From: the human T2T-CHM13v2.0 reference genome, Homo sapiens
Length of the DNA: 64,000 bases
Assembly: GCF_009914755.1 (NCBI RefSeq)
Contig: NC_060935.1
Direction: 5' to 3' (one strand)
Position numbers and translations under genes: made by a program. Positions 42,080 to 64,000 of the stretch are shown one piece after another. The notes under the pieces were generated by a model. It was not told where the DNA came from. It worked only from the letters and a program-made list of their open reading frames with translations, and made no database searches. Every line of letters starts with the position of its first letter. Positions within the stretch are counted from its first letter, which is position 1.

Positions 42080-44025
<1,946 letters not shown>

Positions 44026-44226
44026 AGGGGTCCGTTCTGTCCCTCACACTGTGACCTGACCAGCCCCACCGGCCCATCCTGGTCATGTTACTGCATTTGT
44101 GGCCGGCCTCCCCTGGATCATGTCATTCAATTCCAGTCACCTCTTCTGCAATCATGACCTCTTGATGTCTCCATGGTGACCTCCTTGGGGGTCACTGACC
44201 CTGCTTGGTGGGGTCCCCCTTGTAAC

Positions 44227-44232
44227 AATAAA
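44227..44232 (+). terminator. COX8A: Polyadenylation signal of COX8A
   Basis: tgtaacAATAAAatc, ~200 nt after the stop codon. Confidence 0.9.
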
Positions 44233-44502
44233 ATCTATTTAAACTTTACTTCAGAAATTCATTGTGCCTTCCCTCCTGCCTGGGCTCATGCCTCCACTGG
44301 CACTGGGTGGAGGTGTGGAGAAGAGCGCCCGGCTGGCTGCCCTGTGGTAGGTTTTGTGTGCCTCAGCTGGACTCCTCGTGTGCTTCTGTACCTTTAAATG
44401 GTGCCTGGCTTCCTGGGAAGACAAAGCCTGTTGTCATTGTGCAGCTTTTCTGGCTCATCCCCTCCAGCTCCCTTGTTTGTGCAAAGCCCAATGGGCGTGT
44501 AT

Positions 44503-44507
<5 letters not shown>

Positions 44508-44536
<29 letters not shown>
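44508..44536 (+). repeat. (TG)n microsatellite
   Basis: ~14 TG units, ~280 nt past the COX8A polyA signal. Confidence 0.95.
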
Positions 44537-44679
44537 CTGTCCCACTGGGGCTGGATCTTCAGCTAGAAGCCTTTCCTCTAAGGGGCCAGCCTTCTCTGGT
44601 CTTCCTTTTTGGTGGACTTCATTTCTTAGGTGCTGGTGCCCTTCCTAATTGGGGGTAGGGACTTTGCAGAATCTTGGCT

Positions 44680-48485
<3,806 letters not shown>

Positions 48486-49166
48486 CTTGAGTTTCTATGG
48501 TAACTCCACTGCCCTGCTAAGGGTTTGATTGGGTGTCCTCCATTTTTGTGCCCCTGGAATTGAATGATGGGTGCTGGTCCCCCTCCGAGGACTGCTCCAG
48601 CCCAAAGTTTGATTGATTGAGCCACTGCCCCAACCTGTGCAACACCAATGGCTCCAGGCAAGTCCTTCAGGACCCTGGTCTGAAGAAGCCCTCAGCAAGC
48701 CCAGCAGTTCCTCCAGCCCCTCTTCCTCCCACAACCTGCCATGTCCTGCATTTGTGGGGATGGGTGGGGTGATGTACGTAGGGGTGGGCAGGACAGTGTA
48801 GAGTTTGAGTGACCTATCACGTTTGAACCCCAAACTCCTTGGTCCCCTGTGTGGCCATTAGGTCTGAAATCCGGTCTTCCACTGGCCTACCCTTGTCCCC
48901 AACCAATTCAGGGCCCTGGAGCAATTCTCTATAGAGAAAGCAAGGATCCTTATACCCCAAACATTTTCTGTGTCCACATGTGTGGGTTTCTGTGCCTGGT
49001 GTGCATGCTGACTGGAGAGGCTAAAGTCCCGGCAGGTGCTGTAATGTCAGGAACAGTGGTCTGGGAGTGGGGAGGCTTGGGCTTGAGGCCTGGCATGGCC
49101 ACTGAACTGTACGACCTTGGGCAAGTCATCTGGTCTCTGAATCTCAGTTTTGTAAAATGAAGATAT

Positions 49167-49979
<813 letters not shown>

Positions 49980-50846
49980 TCATGTGGTGCTGTGAGGCCC
50001 TGGGGAGGGTCTGGGCCCAGCTGCTGGGACCGTCTGCAGGCATAAAGTGAAGTGAATGTACAGCACTTACAGTGGGTGCCCCAGCGAGGACTGGGGTGGT
50101 GGGAGTTGCTTGGGAGGGGCTCTGCCTGCATTGCCTCTGCCCCTCTGCTTGCTTTCGGCCTTAGGAGGTCTGAATCCTGCAGGTGACTCACAGCCCAACT
50201 TATGGCCCTGAGGCATAGACCCTGCTCTGCCGCATCAGCCTTTGCTGCTGTCAAAGCCTCCCTAGACCACGATTTCAGGGCTGCTGCCTGGAGACTCTCG
50301 TGGGTACAATGCAAGGTTTATGTGGGGGCCAAGCATGCCCCTACTCCCGCTGTCTGGGCAGCTGCCCGACTCCCAAGCCTGCACCGAGAATGGTCGCCTA
50401 ATCCCCATGTGTGGCCCACCCTTCCAGGCTTTGGGCTGGCCACACCTTCCTGTGAGGACTGTGGCTGTTCCAGGGCCCATGCCATGCCCCTGTTGTCTTG
50501 GTCCATTCAGCCTGACTCCCTTCCCTGAGAGGCAGAGGCAGAAGAGATTGGGTGGGTCTGGAGCCATGTGGCCCCTTGGGGCCTCTGGGCTGTTGTGTAA
50601 ACTTCCTCTAAGGCTGAAGTTTCACAGTCCCTGAGTCCCACTATGGGGTCTCCTCCCCTCCCTCCACCTGATGGAATCCCATGGACATGGATGTGGGGTC
50701 TGGGCAGGCACCAGTCTGGCAGGTTGGTGTGAGGAGGCATCTGTGCTATGTTGGCACTCTGGCTGCTACCTGTCACCTCTGTGACTGTCTCCGACATGCA
50801 GCCTCAACCAAGTGCCTGTGCTGCCTGTGTCATTACAGGCCCTTGA

Positions 50847-53335
<2,489 letters not shown>

Positions 53336-53579
53336 TTCCTTTTTTGTGAAGTCTTTGCTTTTATAAAGACCCTGCTTTAGTGGTGGCTCGCGGCTGGAGT
53401 CTCAGCTACTCTTCAGGCAGGGCCCGAAGATCGCTCGTGCCCAGGAGTTCGAGACTACCCTATGCAACATAGCGAGACCCTTTCTTTTCTTTCTTCTTCT
53501 TTTTTTAAAGGTCCTGCTTTAAAAACCAGAAGGACACAGAGCCCAAAGTTAGGTCATGAGGCTTTGGCCTTGACACCAA

Positions 53580-54790
53580 GGGATGCTGTCTCCTTGCCGG
53601 AAGCAGCTCACCAAAGCCGGCAGAGAACCCAGGTTCCGTGGGGCCACGATGTGGGGCTCCGCGGGCGCCCCGGCGCTGGCCGACTTCCTGTCTCCTGGGT
53701 CAGATGCTGCTCCGCACTGCAGCTATGGTCGCATGCAGTGCCTGCCGAAGCCCGCAGCAGGAATGCTGCCTTCGGTGATTTTAATTTCACTTTTCTACTT
53801 CTCTCAATAACAAAATCCGCGTTTCAAACTCCAGGGAAAAGAAAACGGAATTGGCTCCAGGAGGATCTGCAATCACCACCGGGAACTTTGGGAGGCTGGG
53901 AAGATGGAGCCAAACCAATGTGTGGGGTGGAGGTGCGGATCTGGGGCGGCCGGCCTCTCCTACAGGTCTCAGGTCCGCAGGCCTGGCGTGCCAGCACCTG
54001 CCACGGGACTGGAAGCCCATTCCTTGACAACGCCTAAGGGGATCCCGTTGCTAGGGCTGTTGCCAAGGCGGGGCAACGAGGAGGGGCTCGCTTCCGGGAG
54101 GACGGCAATTGGCAACCCGGAAGCGGTCGGTAGTGCGGCGCTGTTTAAAGATGGCGGCGGAGGAACCTCAGCAGCAGAAGCAGGAGCCGCTGGGCAGCGA
54201 CTCCGAAGGTACAGATCCAAGGAGGGATGTCCGGCCCGGGCTAGTGGGGGCGATGCCGGGCCAGCTGCTCCCGAGGAGGGAGGGGAGGCAGGGCCGCTGG
54301 CTCTGGGGTCGAGGTGCGCGAGGGGTCCCTTCCTCCACCTCCGCTGCCTCCCCTCCCCCTCACAATGGAAGGAGCCACCGCCGCGACCCCCGGCCGGGAG
54401 GGAGCACGGGCGAGGCGGGCCAAGGCCCGCGGCCCTTCTCCATCGTGTGCGCCTGGGGCGGGGCCTGGGTCGCTCCGCCCTCTGCCCAACCCCTCGGCTC
54501 CTGGCTCCAGGGGCCCCGAGCCCTCTCGCCCCTGTCCTTGCAGTCAGGCAGAGAGGCCTACGCCAGGGCCGAGCCCCCCGGCCTGCTCCAGCGGCGGCCC
54601 GCGCCGTGAGGGCCTCGAGTTTCGCTGGGCTACGGAGCACAAAGGTCCGGGCGGGCCATTCGGGATGTCGTAGGCGGCCCTGGGATGTGAGGGGCCTGCG
54701 GGATCTGTCCCTGAGGCCTGCGACTTTTTCTGGTAGAGCCGCCTCTTCTGGCCTTGCAGCCCCTTTCCGCCTGCCTAGACATTGTTAGTC
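53580..54790 (+). promoter_or_regulatory. OTUB1: OTUB1 CpG-island promoter
   Basis: CpG-dense; several RFX-like GTTGC/GCAAC half-sites 54047-54116, ETS CCGGAAG 54117-54123 and CTTCCGG ~54091, YY1 AAGATGGCGGC over the ATG. Confidence 0.88.
54151..54208 (+). CDS. OTUB1: OTUB1 exon 1 coding part
   Basis: aaagATGGCG ... GAAG|gtacag. Confidence 0.96.
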
Positions 54791-56446
54791 TCCTTAGGAG
54801 ATGGGCCTTTCAAAAATGGTCCCACTCTGTCTTTTCCCGCCTATGAGTTGGGCCCTGGGGACCGCGTAGGTCATTGGGTGGCAGGGACAGTTCTTTTGCA
54901 GAGTAGTGCGAAAAGGGTAGGTAGGTCGACGCCCAGCCAAGAATTTGGGATGGCGAGCCCCAAAAGGGTTGACCTTTAAAGTCATTCAGCCCACGCACCT
55001 CATTCTCACCGAACACTTGAGGGAACGAGAAGTGGGAAAACGGCCCCGGAAGGGACTTGTTCAAGATGACATTAAGAGAGAGCCAGGACTAAAATTCAGG
55101 TGTCCTAGCTCCTCACCGATAGCTGCTCACAGTGGGGTCCATAGGGTGGACCTGCCCAGCTGGCTGATAATCCTAGAGCACGTACTGGTATGCCTCTAAG
55201 AAAGGCGGGGGTACTCGCCCCATTTTACAGTTGAGGAAAGGTCTCTGCCATGTGGTAGCCAAGGAGAGGTATTGTGCTGAAGAGCTCAGCCTGGAATTAG
55301 ACAAACCTGGGTTTGACCGCAGGTCTTTTGCTAGTTGTGACCTTGAGCAGATTGCTTCACCTGTCTGCAGTTGTTTTGTTAATTGTAAAATGGGCACCAT
55401 TAACAATATCCACGACCGCAAGAGGATGAAGGCGGTGATGGAGTAAAGTGCAGGCTCATAGGAAGCTCTCCTCCAGGCCAGGACTCTGCTTCCTCGTCCT
55501 ACTTTCTGCAAGAGACCACGCCTGGCCCCAGAACATTCCCAGGCTGCTGGGAAGTGATGTTAACGGGAGGAAGGGGGTGTCAGAGCTGAAAGAGCGCACC
55601 TTAGGGATACCACGGTGCACCTCTGCCCCTTCATTTTAAAGATGAGGAAATGAAAGCCCAGAAGGGGAAGGGACTTTGCCAAGATGACACACTTGAGGTG
55701 GAGCACTCCTGTAATCCCAGCACTTTGGGAGGTTGAGGTGGGCGGATCACCTGAGGTCAGGAGTTCGAGACCAGCCTGGTCAACATGGCGAAACCCCATC
55801 TGTACTAAAAATACAAAAATTAGCTGGGAGTGGTGGTGCACGCATGTAGTTCCAGCTATTGGGAAGGCTGAGGCAGGAGAATTGCTTGCATCTGGGACAT
55901 CTGTAACATACCTGCTTCCAGATTCTAAGCCTGTCTTCCTGACCCTGGGCTGCTCTTGTCCCTGGCCCAGCTGCCTGCAGTGGAGATGGCCAGGACCCCC
56001 TGTAATCTTTGGCTTTTTTCCTTTTCCCAGGTGTTAACTGTCTGGCCTATGATGAAGCCATCATGGCTCAGCAGGACCGAATTCAGCAAGAGGTGAGGGG
56101 CTGCAGTGGGCGAGGGAGGCAGTGGCCAGCAGCCCCATTGTGGAAATGCATAGGCTGGGCATGAGGCCTATTGTCTGTCTCTACTTTGGAAGCTCCCTCC
56201 TCCCTAGGCTATGCTAGGTACTGGTGCTTTTCTGGGGGTCGCTGTGCCACCGGGTGACCAGCCCAGCTCTTTTGTAGTTATTCTGTCTGTTAGGCATGGG
56301 TCACTCCATCTCCCTGCTAGGACATGACAGATCCCTGCCTCCTCCAGATTGCTGTGCAGAACCCTCTGGTGTCAGAGCGGCTGGAGCTCTCGGTCCTATA
56401 CAAGGAGTATGCTGAAGATGACAACATCTATCAACAGAAGATCAAG
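54151..56446 (+). CDS. OTUB1: Ubiquitin thioesterase OTUB1 (otubain-1), 5' part only; join(54151-54208,56031-56092,56348-56446); remaining exons lie beyond the window
   Basis: [20 protein letters not shown]|[20 protein letters not shown]|[33 protein letters not shown] (73 aa); GT-AG boundaries in frame. Confidence 0.97.
55704..55897 (+). mobile_element. Doubly truncated Alu without tail or TSD, inside a MIR; near-identical to 57156-57349
   Basis: Shares private substitutions with the intron-3 Alu. Confidence 0.88.
56031..56092 (+). CDS. OTUB1: OTUB1 exon 2
   Basis: ttttcccag|GTGTTAAC ... CAAGAG|gtgagg. Confidence 0.96.
56348..56446 (+). CDS. OTUB1: OTUB1 exon 3
   Basis: cctccag|ATTGCT ... 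ATCAAG|gtggga. Confidence 0.96.
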
Positions 56447-56620
56447 GTGGGAGCCTGGCCAGAGCGGGTGGGAAGCACCCTGGGGGTGGGGCAGGAGGGT
56501 GCCTGCTTCAGACTTGCTTCCTGCTGGGTCTGTCACCTGAGGGAGTAGGGTGTTGGAGGACACTTTTCGTTGCTGGTTCTTGAAGTGCGTAGGCTGAGGC
56601 CTCAAAAACACATTGATTCA

Positions 56621-63934
<7,314 letters not shown>

Positions 63935-64000
63935 TCAAGGACATTCACTCACCTGTTGTTGTACAGTCCTGTAGGCCCCGCAGAACTTTAGTGACCCATG

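Noticed and set aside
53904-54788. 294-aa + ORF and 223-aa - ORF (53969-54640) over the OTUB1 promoter
   Set aside because: Stop-poor CpG island; low-complexity Pro/Arg/Ala/Gly sequence with no recognisable domain.

Overview
Human/primate, GC- and Alu-rich gene-dense DNA that I recognise from the spliced proteins as the NAA40-COX8A-OTUB1 locus (human 11q13.1, from memory). All three genes are on the + strand and each has a CpG-island promoter. NAA40 is complete (8 exons, 714-nt CDS, 237 aa, 6803-22184, AATAAA at 24995). COX8A is complete (2 exons, 69 aa, 42386-44025). OTUB1 has exons 1-3 only (54151-56446) and continues past the window end. The rest is Alu clusters, MIR/L2/L1 fragments, a nested ERV-LTR cluster (33.4-37.6 kb), an MLT1 LTR and a U6 pseudogene. 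Almost all ORF-track entries are Alu- or GC-derived noise. I found no evidence for a wholly new multi-gene system. The most interesting observations are: (1) an apparent U6 + MLT1-polyadenylated-RNA chimeric retrocopy inside an Alu tail; (2) a 194-bp locally templated Alu copy forming near-identical direct repeats around OTUB1 exons 2-3; (3) a candidate 4-nt microexon or recursive splice site in NAA40 intron 1; (4) an open +1 frame across OTUB1 exons 2-3 (ARF-1); (5) a myogenic-type E-box/CArG cluster. Repeat family names come from recalled consensus sequences and repeat boundaries are approximate.
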